Of a stretch of 64,000 bases of DNA, positions 63,715-64,000 are shown one piece after another. Within the stretch, counting starts at the first letter, position 1; the number at the start of each line of letters is the position of its first letter. The notes under the pieces were generated by a model, which had not been told where the DNA came from, ran no database searches, and saw only the letters and a program-made list of their open reading frames with translations. The translations under genes and the position numbers were made by a program. Source of the DNA: Glaucostegus cemiculus (lineage: Eukaryota); NCBI GenBank assembly GCA_976551045.1, contig CDPCPM010000078.1:4526001-4590000 (forward strand), read 5' to 3'.

Positions 63715-64000
63715 TATGAGATCTTGATCCGCTAGTTAAGTGGGCTGAAGATTGGCAAGTGGCTTTCAATTTGGATATGCATGCAGTGTTGCATTTTGGC
63801 AAGTCAAACAGGGTAGGACTTATGCAGTGAATGGTTGGGCCCTAGGGAGTGTTGTGGAACAGAGGGACCTAGGAATACAAGTACATAGTTCACTGAAAGC
63901 GGCATCACAGTAGACAGTGTGGTAAAGGCGGCATTTGGTATGGTGGCCTTCATCAATCAGAGCGTTGAGTATAGGCGCTGGGATGTCATGTTGAAGTTGT
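63715..64000 (+). mobile_element. CR1 ORF2 fragment running off the window
   Basis: tgggctgaagattggcaagtggctttcaat...gaacagagggacctagga...cactgaaagcggcatcacagtagacagtgtggtaaag. Confidence 0.85.

Overview
This is vertebrate genomic DNA, AT-rich and CpG-depleted. The repeat content (V-domain tRNA SINEs with CR1/HER1-type tails, CR1, Rex1/Babar, Tx1, Penelope, Harbinger) points to a cartilaginous fish (shark or ray); that assignment is an inference. The only host gene I can support is TTC9 on the minus strand: coding exon 2 at 40064-40246 and the terminal coding exon at 26999-27078, with matching splice phases. Exon 1 was not found and is probably right of the window. The window opens in the 3' end of a young, CpG-rich Gypsy LTR retrotransposon (integrase with one nonsense codon, PPT, 235-bp 3' LTR). 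The most structured object is a ~1.6-kb inverted Penelope-like element at 20038-21639. It has GIY-YIG remnants, a 17-bp candidate target-site duplication and a minimal hammerhead-ribozyme motif in each arm. Short decayed hammerhead-type elements are also scattered through the window. Most ORFs in the supplied track are transposon fragments or chance frames. All family assignments come from motif recognition, not database searches, and repeat boundaries are approximate.
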